From assembly GCA_033764955.1 (NCBI GenBank), contig JANRIL010000048.1, forward strand, positions 73,267-137,266: a DNA stretch of 64,000 bases, read 5' to 3'. Each line of letters opens with the position of its first letter. Position 1 is the stretch's first letter. The translations under genes and the position numbers were made by a program. This document shows positions 19,404-31,295 of the stretch, piece by piece. Under the pieces are notes generated by a model. It did not search any database, was not told where the DNA came from, and worked only from the letters and a program-made list of their open reading frames with translations. The DNA is from Cyanobacteriota bacterium (GTDB taxonomy: Bacteria; Cyanobacteriota; Cyanobacteriia; Thermostichales; Thermostichaceae).

Positions 19404-20510
19404 TTATGGGCACAACCCCGCCGTACCGGAGGGCAAGCCTTTGCAGACCTCCTCCAGACTGACAAATCCGTCCTTAATCACCGTATCGGCCACATTATCC
19501 TTGGTGACGGTAACAGGAGAGAGGAGTAGCGAGGGGATTTCGACTCCATTGCGGTTTTTCACCCTGGTGGTGGCAATTTTACTGGTATCTTCTCCCTTGA
19601 CCAGAGCGACCACCAGATCAACCGTAGCCTGGGCTTCGGCTGGGATCGGCTTGTAAACCGTCATGCCTTGATCGCCGGTCAAAATATTTTGGATGCCAGC
19701 CACCGTAGCGTCTTGCCCTGTCACCAAGACCTTGCCATTCAATTGCTGGGCACGCAATGCCGCAATCACACTATTGGCCATTCCATCATTAGCCACATAG
19801 GCAATCTGCACGTCATTTTTCTCTTTGGTGAGGGCACCCTCCATATTGGCTTGGGCTGTGGCATTGTTCCAGTCGGGGGTGTATTGGTCATAGACAATAT
19901 CGATTTCCCCCTGATCGGCAAGGGGTTGTAGCTTGCTGATGGCTCCTTCGCGGAAAAGAATGGCGTTGTTATCGGTTTGGGATCCGTTGATCATCACCAG
20001 CTTGTCACCTTTTTGATAGTTGCTGGCAATCCACTCCCCTTGCAACTCACCCACCTTGAAATTGTCAAACGAGACATAAAAAGCCAGATCATCTGACTGA
20101 ATCAGACGGTCATAGGAGATCACGGGTACACCACTGGCTTTGGCCTGGGAGACGATGGCTCCCGCCGCATCGGAATCTTTTGGATCCAAGATCATGATGC
20201 AGGCTCCCTTCGCCAGAGCCGCTTCTGCTTGATTTTGTTGGGTGGCGGCATTGTTGTTGGCATTGGCATAGGAAATGGTGACCTCAGGTAAAGCCGCCTT
20301 TAGTCCTGCTTCTAGCAAGGGACGGTCATAGGCTTCATAACGCGCTGAGGAATCACTTTCTGGCAACAAAATGGCAATGTTATTACAGCCTTTTGCTTTT
20401 TCAAATCCATCCAGGGTTTGACTGTAAGCCTGTGTCATCCAGCCCATCCCTATTGACATACAGGCTAGCCCGCTCATCGAAAGCAATTGCCCTACTTTTT
20501 TCACGAACAT
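19404..20510 (-). CDS. Sugar ABC substrate-binding protein (XylF/ChvE-like)
   Basis: Signal peptide, VISYDRLI, YVSFDN, ANDGMA, VTGQDA, MTVYKP. Confidence 0.9.
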   Translation of the reverse strand: MFVKKVGQLLSMSGLACMSIGMGWMTQAYSQTLDGFEKAKGCNNIAILLPESDSSARYEAYDRPLLEAGLKAALPEVTISYANANNNAATQQNQAEAALAKGACIMILDPKDSDAAGAIVSQAKASGVPVISYDRLIQSDDLAFYVSFDNFKVGELQGEWIASNYQKGDKLVMINGSQTDNNAILFREGAISKLQPLADQGEIDIVYDQYTPDWNNATAQANMEGALTKEKNDVQIAYVANDGMANSVIAALRAQQLNGKVLVTGQDATVAGIQNILTGDQGMTVYKPIPAEAQATVDLVVALVKGEDTSKIATTRVKNRNGVEIPSLLLSPVTVTKDNVADTVIKDGFVSLEEVCKGLPSGTAGLCP

Positions 20511-20852
20511 TTCTGTTCTTCCTTAAAACAAAGAATCCAACTCAACAAAAATAACAAATTGGGATCCCTTTACCCAATAAGCATTCTCAGAGTTATGTGG
20601 AAAAATTTATAGCAAAAAACAAAACTATAAGCCAACCAGATAAAAACCCAGATCAAGCAAACAAAAGTTAAACGCCCAAGGAGGGACATCTAAATATCTT
20701 CATAAAGAATTCTAAACATTTTTGGTTACCACTTATTTTTTATTCTAAGAGAATTTGATGTCCAAAATTACCAAATATTTACGTAAGTGTAGATAACCGA
20801 CTACAGCTATCCCCCTACATCCCTGATATGACCAATCCCCAGCCACCAACGC

Positions 20853-20884
20853 AAAAGGCGTAGGGATCCCTGTCCTTACGCCTT
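20853..20884 (-). terminator. Probable intrinsic terminator after tal
   Basis: 12-bp stem with one imperfect pair (aaggcgtaggga / tccttacgcctt), ending in a T-run on the minus strand. Confidence 0.55.
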
Positions 20885-20959
20885 ACTTAACGATTCTGGT
20901 GATGCTCAGACCCTCCTGAGCAGGAGCAACGGGGTCAGGGTTCTAGCCTGTTAGTGGGC

Positions 20960-22132
20960 TTAGCGTAGATAAACCGCCGCCCCCAACCCCACCAACATTT
21001 CTTCGGGCGTGATTTTGCCATCTTTGTTGACATCAAGGGCATCAAACACCAGATCCACCCCCATCCATTCCTCGCGGGTGATAAAGCCGTCGCCATCCAG
21101 GTCATAGACCCGAAAGACATCTTGAGCGGCATGGGTGATCAGATCGGATCCCTCCAGTTTGGCAAGGCGAGCCTCCAGCAAACTCTCTAAAGCCACCAAT
21201 GCTTTAGAAAAGCCGTTGATCCCCTCCTCTAGCTTGTCGCTGGCCATCCGATCCTCAGCGTGCATCCGATCAAAGGTGGCCTTGTCCATGAGCAGTTTCT
21301 CCATCTCCATCGCTTGGGCTTTGCTGGGATCCAATCGGCGAGGCAGATCTCCAGTGGCTTGTTGTAGCTCATTCAGTAGCGCAGGTGAGATGGTCAGCAG
21401 ATCACAGCCCGCCAACTCGGTAATTTCGCCCATATTGCGGAAGCTTGCCCCCATCACCTCGGTTTTGAAGCCAAATTTGCGGAAGTAGTTATAAATGCGC
21501 GTCACCGACAGTACCCCCGGATCTTCATGAGGAGGATAGCTATCCCGACCCGTCTCTTTTTTATACCAATCCAAAATTCTGCCCACAAAGGGGGAAATCA
21601 GCGTCACCCCTGCTTCGGCGCAGGCAATCGCTTGGTGCAGTCCAAACAGGAGGGTGAGATTGCAGTGGATCCCCTCTTTCTCTAGGATCTCAGCGGCACG
21701 GATCCCTTCCCAGGTAGAGGCGATTTTGATCAAGACGCGGTTGGGATCCGCTCCAGCCGCCTTGTATTGCTCAATCAGATAGTGGGCTTTGGCAACAGTA
21801 GCCTCAGTGTCGTAGGAAAGTCGGGCATCCACTTCGGTGGAAACACGCCCCGGCACAATATCCAAAATGCGTAGTCCAAAAGCAACCGCCAGTTGATCAA
21901 TTGCCCGTGAAACCACCTCCTTGCGCTCCGCCAAGGATCCCACTTCCTGTCTGGATTGCCGTAGGGTTTGATCGACAATCTCTTGGTATTGCTCCATTTG
22001 GGCGGCTGCCGTAATCAAGGAGGGATTGGTGGTGGCATCCCGTGGCTTGAAGGTTTCGATAGCCTTGATGTCTCCCGTATCAGCCACCACGACGGTCATC
22101 TCACGCAGTTGGTCGAGCAGGCTTTTGGTCAT
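20960..22132 (-). CDS. tal: Transaldolase with C-terminal EF-hands
   Basis: [26 protein letters not shown]-terminal [12 protein letters not shown] and [12 protein letters not shown]. Confidence 0.97.
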   Translation of the reverse strand: MTKSLLDQLREMTVVVADTGDIKAIETFKPRDATTNPSLITAAAQMEQYQEIVDQTLRQSRQEVGSLAERKEVVSRAIDQLAVAFGLRILDIVPGRVSTEVDARLSYDTEATVAKAHYLIEQYKAAGADPNRVLIKIASTWEGIRAAEILEKEGIHCNLTLLFGLHQAIACAEAGVTLISPFVGRILDWYKKETGRDSYPPHEDPGVLSVTRIYNYFRKFGFKTEVMGASFRNMGEITELAGCDLLTISPALLNELQQATGDLPRRLDPSKAQAMEMEKLLMDKATFDRMHAEDRMASDKLEEGINGFSKALVALESLLEARLAKLEGSDLITHAAQDVFRVYDLDGDGFITREEWMGVDLVFDALDVNKDGKITPEEMLVGLGAAVYLR

Positions 22133-22751
22133 ATCCGGCGCTCCTTCAGAAATCCGCTTCCTCCCTACTTTGCCGTAACTCAGCTTGGGAAGGGCAAGAT
22201 CAGTTATTTGTCTTAAGGTCTAGGTTTTTAAGTCAGCGCAAGGCAAGCAGCCTCTCTCGAACCCAGGAGATTTTTTACAAATCCCTCAGAAAATACTGGC
22301 AACTTCCTCAGAAAATATCCAGAAAATAGTGGCAGGGTCAGTCCCCCGCCCATTGGGGATCCCTACCCCCTGACCCTGAAGACAACCCAAAAGAGAGATC
22401 CATTTCTCGATAAAAGTGCTATTGTGTGATTCTAGACACAAATCTCGATACAAATCTTTATAGGGTCGAGCCGGATCCGACCACTCCCCTTCTGCCTGTT
22501 GGCAACTGAATTTTGCACTTTCTTCTAGCATTTTGTCCTCTATCGGTTTCATGGTAACTATGACTCTGATTGCTCTTTTTGTGTTTTTGCTGATTTTGGT
22601 CGTTGGCAATCTCCACGCCCAAATGGACTAGCCCCTTCTTTCTCTGGATCCCTGCTGAGGCTTTTGCTCCAATCTTGCTCTGAGATTGTTGCTGTTGATT
22701 AGGTTACTAATTCTCAACCAAGCATTCCTTCCAGCCCCTTACCATCCTGAA

Positions 22752-25457
22752 TCATCCCTGGGTGGATTGTAGTTGGGAAAGGGGGAAATGGCTCTGGACG
22801 TAAGCCTCAGCATCCGACAGAGAAGTCAGTTCGCCGTCGAGAGCTTTTTTTTGCACCGCATTGAGAATAGTCTCAAAATGACGGCCAGGGCGATATCCCA
22901 TTTGCTGAAGGTGATGACCATTCAAGAGGGGTTTGCGCCGCCGCCAATCCTGCAAATAGCTCCATAGCAAGCGACGAGTTGGGGTTTGCCCGTTTACGGC
23001 TAGGAAAAGAACCTCCTCTAGGGATAGTCCATTCAGATAGGCGGTGATTTGGCTAATAGGCGTGGTGGAAGTCAACATTTCTAAAGCCGTTTTTCGTAAC
23101 TCAGGCAAACGGGCTAATCGTTCAATGCTGGAGTAAGGCAAATGGAGGCGGCTGGCAATCTCAGAGGCTGTTGGCAGGGCACTCAGCCATTGCTCCAGGC
23201 GGAGCTGCCAAATCTCCTGTCGCCCCAATTCGGGATAATGGCGGGCAAAATGATAGACCCAATAGCCAATTCGTTTAACCTGCTTGGCGGTCTCTGGCGA
23301 CCAACCCAGATCGGGATGAATACAGCGGAGCGCCGACCATGCCGCCAATTGTTCGAGAGCTAACGGCCAGTGGGTTGATCTCAAAATATAGGCCAGCTCT
23401 TGTTTGAGGCGATCTCCACCCACCGCATCATGCAGGCCGCTAGTGATGGCCAGTTGAAGGTAGCCGACGGTTTGCGGCTCCACCCGAAAGCCCAAGCGAG
23501 TGGCAAAGCGAACCGCTCGATAGATGCGGGTGGGATCCTCCACGAAACTGTTGGCATGGAGCACCCGAATCACCCCCTGCTGCAAATCTTCTAAACCCCC
23601 AAAAAAATCCAGCAGTTGACCTTGCCGCTCTCCATTCAGTTGCAGAGCCAGGGCATTGATGCTGAAATCGCGGCGGTAGAGATCCTGCTGAATGGATCCC
23701 ATCGTCACTTCGGGCGGGGAGGCGGGATAGGGGTAAAATTCGGTGCGGGCACTGGCAATATCCATTTCGATGCCCGTCGGCCAAAGCAAGGTTGTGGTTT
23801 GAAATTTGCCATAGATGTGCAGCTTGGTTTCTGGAAAATGCTGGTGTAGCGCCTTTCCCAACTTGACCCCCCAGCCCTGGAGTTGGGCTTCCCCTGGTAG
23901 TAGCGGGTAGGGGCCATCCACCACCAGATCTAAGTCATCCGTGGAGCGATTCAGCAGCAAATCCCGCACTGCCCCCCCCACCAGATAAAGATGGATCCCC
24001 ATTTGATCGGCAATTTGGGTGGCTTGCTCCACTATTTTTTGGTGCAGAGCAGACAGACGAGTTAGGGGAAGGGCAAGGGGACAGGTTTCGGAGGAGGTGG
24101 CAGCGGTGGGGGAAAATCGTGGCGGCAGAGGGGAAGGAATGGCGTGCAGGTGGCGCAGCAGATCGGTACGGGTCACGATCCCCACCAGATGCCCATGAGC
24201 TATCACAGGCAGACGACCAATATCCCACTTGACCATGAGGTTTTGGATCTCAGGCAGTGTGGTTTCCGGTTGAATGGTTTTGACCTGACTGGTCATATAG
24301 CCCTTGACTGGGGCATGACCAAAACCGTGGTGAAGGGCGATATCCAGATCGCGGCGGGAGATCACACCTACCCATTCGGCCTGCTCATTAACAACAACCA
24401 AACCCGAATGTCCGTAGCGCAACAAGACTCGTGCGGCCTCGGCCACAGTGGTTTCTGGGCGAATGGTTCGCACCGGAGCTGACATAAGATCTGCTGCCGT
24501 CAAGGGGCGTGGGATCCGCGACAGGATTGACTGCAAGAGGGTTTCCGCCCATTGGTGGGGATCCGGAAGGGCTGGGGGTGGCTTGAGGGTAGCGGCGGCA
24601 GCACGCGCATGACCCCCTCCCCCCCAAGGCTGCATGAGGGTGTGGAGTTGAGCAAACTCATGGCGAGACCGCCCAATCAGACTACTGCGTTCTCCCTGCC
24701 GTGCCACCACGATCAGCACATCCAATTGCAGCAGATCCAGCCAATGCATAACCAAACCCGCCAGCCCAGGGGTAAAGCTGGGCAAGTCGAGACCCCAACT
24801 AGCCAGCCGATACCCAGACCGCTCCTTGACCGGGATCTTTTGCAGTCCTTGTGTCAACAAATCCTGTAAAAACGGCGATAAACCCTCCTCAAGATAATGT
24901 TCCAACGCCTCCATCGGGATCCCCTGCTGCATCAGCCACGCCAACGCCTGAGCATCCCGTGCGGTACTGGTTCCGAAGGTGAGGGATCCCGTATCAGCAT
25001 GGATCCCCAAGGCCAAAGCCAAGACATGAACAGAACTGACTCCTTGACCCCCTGCTTGCAGCTTTTCGGTGATCAGGGTGCAGGTGGATCCGACAGGCTC
25101 CAGACAAACCAGATGGGGAGGCTTGCCCAGCAGGGTAGAAAGATCCCGACCTTCTGGTAACGGATGATGATCGTAAAGATGGATCTCCACATCGGGACGG
25201 GCTAACCAAGCGGCTGCCTTGCCCAGCCGCAGGGGATCATGACAATCCACCAGGATGAGGCGACGAATCAAGTTGGGATCCACTGCCCGCCACTCCAGTA
25301 GGGGATAAGCATCGCGGTGGATGGCCAAAAAATCGCTGACCGAACCGTGGGATCCACCGCTCAAGACGATCCGCGATCCGGGGTAGAGGAGAGAGGCTCC
25401 CACCGCCGCTCCGAGGGTATCGAAATCCGCCGCTAGGTGACAGAGAATAATGTCCAT
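22752..25457 (-). CDS. tRNA nucleotidyltransferase with DHH/DHHA1 and CBS domains (long, likely A-adding form)
   Basis: DHH (YDHH), GGGH, 2xCBS, LVGGAVRD..DLDL, RRDFSINA, EDPTRIYRAVRF. Confidence 0.92.
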   Translation of the reverse strand: MDIILCHLAADFDTLGAAVGASLLYPGSRIVLSGGSHGSVSDFLAIHRDAYPLLEWRAVDPNLIRRLILVDCHDPLRLGKAAAWLARPDVEIHLYDHHPLPEGRDLSTLLGKPPHLVCLEPVGSTCTLITEKLQAGGQGVSSVHVLALALGIHADTGSLTFGTSTARDAQALAWLMQQGIPMEALEHYLEEGLSPFLQDLLTQGLQKIPVKERSGYRLASWGLDLPSFTPGLAGLVMHWLDLLQLDVLIVVARQGERSSLIGRSRHEFAQLHTLMQPWGGGGHARAAAATLKPPPALPDPHQWAETLLQSILSRIPRPLTAADLMSAPVRTIRPETTVAEAARVLLRYGHSGLVVVNEQAEWVGVISRRDLDIALHHGFGHAPVKGYMTSQVKTIQPETTLPEIQNLMVKWDIGRLPVIAHGHLVGIVTRTDLLRHLHAIPSPLPPRFSPTAATSSETCPLALPLTRLSALHQKIVEQATQIADQMGIHLYLVGGAVRDLLLNRSTDDLDLVVDGPYPLLPGEAQLQGWGVKLGKALHQHFPETKLHIYGKFQTTTLLWPTGIEMDIASARTEFYPYPASPPEVTMGSIQQDLYRRDFSINALALQLNGERQGQLLDFFGGLEDLQQGVIRVLHANSFVEDPTRIYRAVRFATRLGFRVEPQTVGYLQLAITSGLHDAVGGDRLKQELAYILRSTHWPLALEQLAAWSALRCIHPDLGWSPETAKQVKRIGYWVYHFARHYPELGRQEIWQLRLEQWLSALPTASEIASRLHLPYSSIERLARLPELRKTALEMLTSTTPISQITAYLNGLSLEEVLFLAVNGQTPTRRLLWSYLQDWRRRKPLLNGHHLQQMGYRPGRHFETILNAVQKKALDGELTSLSDAEAYVQSHFPLSQLQSTQG

Positions 25458-25883
25458 AAATTGGGTGAGGCCGCTTTCCTAGCTATAACAGACATCCAGG
25501 GATCCTCATCCACATCTGCACCGCCGGATTGGGATTCTTGGCGCCAAACCTAACCAAAAGCCGATCATCCAAGCCATCAGCGCTCCTCCTCTCAGAAAAG
25601 AGCCGCACTTGCACAACAAACTTTACAATCCTTCTGGAAACAAGATAATCTGAAGGGGTAGAGAGATAAAATAGCTTAACATTCTTAAACAACCGACGAA
25701 GCAGGATACCAGCCAGCTAAAACCCAGCCCAGCCAAAGCGCAAGATTTTTCATCAAAAATCTGAACACTTTCGAGGGTTTACTGACGGATCCCAGCGGGT
25801 CAAGTTAAGATCAAAATCCTAAAGTTACCGTTTGCAGCTTGCGGGTTCCAAGTTAGCTGAAACTGAAAAACGAGGCAGAAGGC

Positions 25884-26021
25884 ATGGATTGGGTAGATCA
25901 GGTTCTAGAAAAGATTCGGGAATGGGTCGAGCGGGTAATTGACAGCCTGCTTGGGGATCCCCAGCCTCAGCCTGTGCCTATCCCCATTCCAGTCCGTGAC
26001 CACACCCATCCCAAGCGATAA
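25884..26021 (+). CDS. Small 45-aa protein MDWVDQVLEKIREWVERVIDSLLGDPQPQPVPIPIPVRDHTHPKR
   Basis: Hand-translated ATG..TAA below the track cutoff; purine-rich upstream; amphipathic helix plus PxPxPIPVR tail. Confidence 0.7.
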   Translation: MDWVDQVLEKIREWVERVIDSLLGDPQPQPVPIPIPVRDHTHPKR

Positions 26022-26133
26022 GACTCTTCCACTTTGACCTTTCTGGGGCTTATTGTTTTTTTGACTGCCTGAGCGCATACTGCTCAGCTTTTATGGTTAA
26101 TAGATACTTGTCTAGACAGGTAGACCAGACATT

Positions 26134-26601
26134 GTGGCTAGTTTACTCCCAGACGATCCGCTCCATATCTTGGTGCTGCATGGCCCCAACCTCAACCTCC
26201 TAGGGATCCGCGAGGTGGGGGTCTATGGGCGGTTTACCCTGGCAGACATCAATCAGGCTCTCTTAGAACTGGCCGAACCGTTGCAGGTCAGGCTTAAAAT
26301 TCTCCAGTCTAACCACGAAGGAGCGTTGGTGGACGCCATCCATCAAGCTCTCACCAGCCAGCAGGGAATTTTGATCAATCCGGCGGCTTATACCCACACC
26401 AGCGTAGCCCTGCGAGATGCGATTGCTGGGGTAGCACTACCAACGGTGGAGGTTCATATCAGCAATGTGTATCGCCGCGAATCCTTCCGTCACCACTCTT
26501 GGATTGCTCCGGTAGCGGTTGGGCAAATTAGTGGCTTTGGTCTAGCCAGCTATACCCTGGGATTGCGAGCTTTGGTGGAGTATTTGCGCCAACCCGCCTA
26601 A
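26134..26601 (+). CDS. aroQ: Type II 3-dehydroquinate dehydratase
   Basis: [33 protein letters not shown]. Confidence 0.97.
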   Translation: MASLLPDDPLHILVLHGPNLNLLGIREVGVYGRFTLADINQALLELAEPLQVRLKILQSNHEGALVDAIHQALTSQQGILINPAAYTHTSVALRDAIAGVALPTVEVHISNVYRRESFRHHSWIAPVAVGQISGFGLASYTLGLRALVEYLRQPA

Positions 26602-26650
26602 ACAAGCCAAGGATTTTTTGCCATCCTGATAAAAATGTTGCTGGCAAGAT

Positions 26651-26962
26651 GTGCATATGCTGAGCCGATGGTTAGGGATCCTGCTGCTGGCGGGCGGAAT
26701 GCCACTGGGATCCCCTGTGTGGGCGCAACCCCCCGCTTCCCCCCTTCCTGCTCAGCCGGAGTTGACCCCGGAGCAAGTGTTGCAGGCTTGTGCCACTGAT
26801 CAAGCCGACCAACTGCCTAACCCGTTTAGCGATGTTTCTCCCCAAGATTGGGCTTATCAAGCCGTCCTAACCCTGTACTACTGTGGAGCGTACCGAGGGG
26901 CTATTCCCCCCGCCGACTATCAGCGCTTTTGGCAAGAAAAGTCTGCCGGATCCCCAGGCTAA
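26651..26962 (+). CDS. Small secreted protein with SLH-like motif
   Basis: Signal peptide (..VWA/QP) and PFSDVSPQDWAYQAV. Confidence 0.7.
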   Translation: MHMLSRWLGILLLAGGMPLGSPVWAQPPASPLPAQPELTPEQVLQACATDQADQLPNPFSDVSPQDWAYQAVLTLYYCGAYRGAIPPADYQRFWQEKSAGSPG

Positions 26963-27018
26963 GGTAGGATCTGCCCTAGCCACCCCTGCTGATCAGCAGG
27001 TTCCAGGAAAACCAAGCT

Positions 27019-27657
27019 ATGCCTGAACCACAGGATCCGTTACCGGATCTATCACCCGACGGGGAACTCCTCATCCAGCTAGGGGATCCCGCGTTGGCCG
27101 ATCCAGCCGATCACGAGGAGTCCGAACGGCTGGAAGCGGATCTAGAGGAAGATCTTACGGGAGATGTGGACGTAGCTGTGACAGATTTGGGGGGACGGCA
27201 ACGACAGATTACAGCTTCCCTTCCCATTGCTTCCCCTCCTGAGTCAATTTGGCAAGTATTGACAGACTATGAATGTTTGGCCGAATTTATTCCCAATCTG
27301 GTAGAGAGTGCAGTCGTGGGGGAAGAAGACGGCTGTAAGTTGGTTAGACAGGTGGGTCAACAGAAAGTGATGTTTGCTAAATTTTCAGCAACAGTAGTTC
27401 TTAAGTTAGAAGAAAAATATCCCAGCCAAATTGCTTTTTCTCAACACAAAGGTGATTTCAAGATTTTTGCCGGAAGTTGGGATTTAATCCCTAGTAAAAC
27501 TCTGGCTACTCCCCTGACAAAACTCTCTTACACCCTGAAAGTCTTGCCACCCCGTCATCTGCCTGTGAACTGGGTGGAGCGAAGACTACGTCGGGATCTG
27601 AGTGTAAATTTGCTTGCTATTCGTGAGCGGGTAGAAAATATTGTCAAACAACCCTAA
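27019..27657 (+). CDS. SRPBCC/START (polyketide cyclase-like) protein
   Basis: IWQVLTDYECLAEFIPNL, GDFKIFAGSW. Confidence 0.88.
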   Translation: MPEPQDPLPDLSPDGELLIQLGDPALADPADHEESERLEADLEEDLTGDVDVAVTDLGGRQRQITASLPIASPPESIWQVLTDYECLAEFIPNLVESAVVGEEDGCKLVRQVGQQKVMFAKFSATVVLKLEEKYPSQIAFSQHKGDFKIFAGSWDLIPSKTLATPLTKLSYTLKVLPPRHLPVNWVERRLRRDLSVNLLAIRERVENIVKQP

Positions 27658-27722
27658 AGAGCCAAACTCAAGCACAAGAAGAGCATCTACAGAATTATGG
27701 ATACAGCCCTACCCTTGATTGG

Positions 27723-28784
27723 TTAAGTCTGGTTCGCAAAAACCTGATATTTCACCTGATCCACAGACAGTTGGACGCGGCTACCCACCGCTAGCGATCG
27801 ACAGGAGCGAACATGTAACTCTCGACCTGTCCCGGTAGCCAAACAATAGGCATATTCTCGGCCTAAAAATTGCCGATCTCGGATCACTACCCGCCCATCG
27901 GGATCCGGCTGAAGGAGCAGATCTTCCTGGCGAATCATCACTTCCCCCGACAAAACCGTGGCTTCCCCTTGAGCCGGAAAATTTCCCACCTCCGTCTGCC
28001 AATGGGATCCCTGCCAGGTAGCGGGCAAAAAATTGGCTTGTGTGACAAACTCGGCCACAAAGCGGCTAGTGGGTTGCCAATAAATATTCTCAGGAGAATC
28101 CAACTGCTCGATCCGTCCGTCACTCATCACGGCTACCCAGTCCGAGATCGCCAGTGCCTCTTCTTGATCGTGGGTCACAAAAATTCCTGAGGTTCCGGTT
28201 TGTTTTAATACCTTGCGAATCTCTTCCCGTAGATAAAGCCGCACCTGCACATCCAAATTACTAAGAGGTTCATCTAGCAAAATAACCGCCGGATGGGGAG
28301 CGAGGGCGCGGGCTAAGGCTACCCGTTGCTGTTGTCCACCGGAAAGCTCATGGGGATAGCGCTTATCCAACCCCTGCAAAGCCACCAATTCCAGGACTTC
28401 GTGAATCCGTTTTTGCCGCCTCTTGGTCTCTGTTTGGCGAGTAGTAAGGCCAAAGCCAACATTTTCGGCTACCGTGAGATGCGGAAATAGGGCAAAATCT
28501 TGAAACACCAGCCCCACATCGCGGCGTTCCGGCGGGATCCAGATACCCACTCCCGCCACCTGCTGATCTCCCAAACAGATTCTGCCGGTTTGCGGCTGTT
28601 CAAAGCCAGCAATCAGTCGCAACAGTGTCGTCTTGCCACAGCCAGATGGCCCTAGCAAACCCAATAGATCTCCTTTAGGCAGTTGAAAAGAAACATCAGC
28701 AACAGCAGGCTTACCTTGGGACGAAAACCACTTACTCACGCCAGCTAGTTCAACAACAGCCCCCTGCAACATGCCTCTGCTCAA
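27723..28784 (-). CDS. futC: Fe(III) ABC transporter ATP-binding subunit (FutC/FbpC-like)
   Basis: GPSGCGKTT, VFQDFALFPH, LSGGQQQ, C-terminal TOBE-like region. Confidence 0.8.
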   Translation of the reverse strand: MSRGMLQGAVVELAGVSKWFSSQGKPAVADVSFQLPKGDLLGLLGPSGCGKTTLLRLIAGFEQPQTGRICLGDQQVAGVGIWIPPERRDVGLVFQDFALFPHLTVAENVGFGLTTRQTETKRRQKRIHEVLELVALQGLDKRYPHELSGGQQQRVALARALAPHPAVILLDEPLSNLDVQVRLYLREEIRKVLKQTGTSGIFVTHDQEEALAISDWVAVMSDGRIEQLDSPENIYWQPTSRFVAEFVTQANFLPATWQGSHWQTEVGNFPAQGEATVLSGEVMIRQEDLLLQPDPDGRVVIRDRQFLGREYAYCLATGTGRELHVRSCRSLAVGSRVQLSVDQVKYQVFANQT

Positions 28785-28941
28785 GTCCTTTTCCTAAGAC
28801 TAATTTGCAACTATAGGCTCACTATAGCAACCGAAGCGGATCCCTGAAAAGCCGCGATTAGGTGTTCTAGGCTACCCAACGATCTCGATGGATGGTGCTT
28901 GCCTAGCAGGAGTTGGCTGCCGACGGTTGTTGGCCTGATAA

Positions 28942-29988
<1,047 letters not shown>

Positions 29989-30113
29989 CCTTTTGTAGTG
30001 CCTCCCCCAGAAAAACCCCAGAAAAAACAGGGATCCCTCCGAGGATGGATAGGGATCCCATTGTGGATGATTGTCGTGGATGACTAAGTAACTAACCTCT
30101 CAACCAAACGTGG

Positions 30114-30569
30114 TTAAGAAAACTTAATGGGGCTAACTTCCACGGGGCGATTATCCAAAATAGAATGGGCAATTTTCCAAGTGGTAGCTTCCACTGGACG
30201 GTTTTGGAAGGTACTGGCAATCTTAAAGGGATTGGCTCCCACCGGACGATTCTCATTCATGCTGGCTATTTTGAAAACTCCAGCGGTGATGGGACGGTTA
30301 TCGGAGGTAATCTCAACAATCTTTAGGATACCTGCCCCAATTGGACGATCCCCCATCATGGCCACGACTTTGAAGCTCCCTGTGGCTAGCGGACGCTCCC
30401 CAAAACTAGCCGAAGGAGTTGGGCTGACGGCTGTTCCCTGGGATCCACTCCCTGAGGGAGTCTCGGCTGGGGTTGGCATTAGATTTAGACCACTATGGCT
30501 GATTGGCTTATCGGTGGCATTCTCCTCAACTTTTGATTGACCATTAGTACTGGTACGGCTAGCAGGCAT
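30114..30569 (-). CDS. Hypothetical protein with six ~16-aa [DNE]RP[ILV]xxxx[FLWI]K[IVF] repeats
   Basis: Repeats visible in the translation, preceded by a Ser/Pro-rich N-terminus. Confidence 0.75.
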   Translation of the reverse strand: MPASRTSTNGQSKVEENATDKPISHSGLNLMPTPAETPSGSGSQGTAVSPTPSASFGERPLATGSFKVVAMMGDRPIGAGILKIVEITSDNRPITAGVFKIASMNENRPVGANPFKIASTFQNRPVEATTWKIAHSILDNRPVEVSPIKFS

Positions 30570-30745
30570 AAGGGATCCTTCCGACAAGAAGCGGCTTCTG
30601 AACAAATCTTTAATTATAATTATAAATCCTGATCTATCAAAAACACGGATGTAAACAAAAAGCCACGAGGTGACCGGGATTAAAGGGTTGGATGGCTCAA
30701 GTTGAGCGGGAATAGGGGAAAGATTGGAACGGGTCTGTCATATCT

Positions 30746-31174
30746 CTATCCTAGCGCTTTTAGAAAAGTTTCCATCTGATCGGGGAGGAGATGCTGCCAG
30801 GGGGAAGGGTCAGTCAAGTTGTAGACCCAAAACTCCCGACAATCTTCCCGAAACAAAACAATAAAGGCGTTTACTCCTAAGGCTGCCGCCACCTGACGAG
30901 CTGCTTTTGCCTGGAGATCTCGACTTTCAAAACGGTCAATGATAGCAGCCAAATAAGCTGGGGTAACGAGTTTATCATGATCTACCCGCGTTACTTCCAT
31001 GACCCCAACTGGAATCAATTCACCCTCTCGATAACGCCACTCAATAAAATCAACATCGATCATTAACAACTTGCGATCGAGGGTGCGATGCCAATCGGAA
31101 TAAGGTTTAACTCTCCATTCACTATCATGTCGTTGATAGGCTTTGGCTCCACTTTCGGTTTGAGATTTGTTCAT
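30746..31174 (-). CDS. Hypothetical protein, possible PD-(D/E)xK-like fold
   Basis: IDVDFIE...VGVMEVT acidic pattern; fold assignment is inference only. Confidence 0.6.
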   Translation of the reverse strand: MNKSQTESGAKAYQRHDSEWRVKPYSDWHRTLDRKLLMIDVDFIEWRYREGELIPVGVMEVTRVDHDKLVTPAYLAAIIDRFESRDLQAKAARQVAAALGVNAFIVLFREDCREFWVYNLTDPSPWQHLLPDQMETFLKALG

Positions 31175-31295
31175 CCTGCTTGGGGAGAAATCTTTACTTC
31201 GTTATCCCATTCTTTATCGTAATCGATTCTTGAGCCTAGTAGATTATTGATTCTAAATGGCATGGATCCCCACACTAAACATTAGCAGGAGTCAT

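Noticed and set aside
20960..21130. EF-hand extension on transaldolase as a novelty
   Set aside because: Already known in cyanobacterial transaldolases.
22286..22609. 107-aa minus-strand ORF between tal and the nucleotidyltransferase gene
   Set aside because: TTG start, no motif; cannot be supported as a gene.
30127..30540. Plus-strand ORF with TGR repeats
   Set aside because: Antisense mirror of the RP-repeat protein; the minus frame has the more protein-like pattern.
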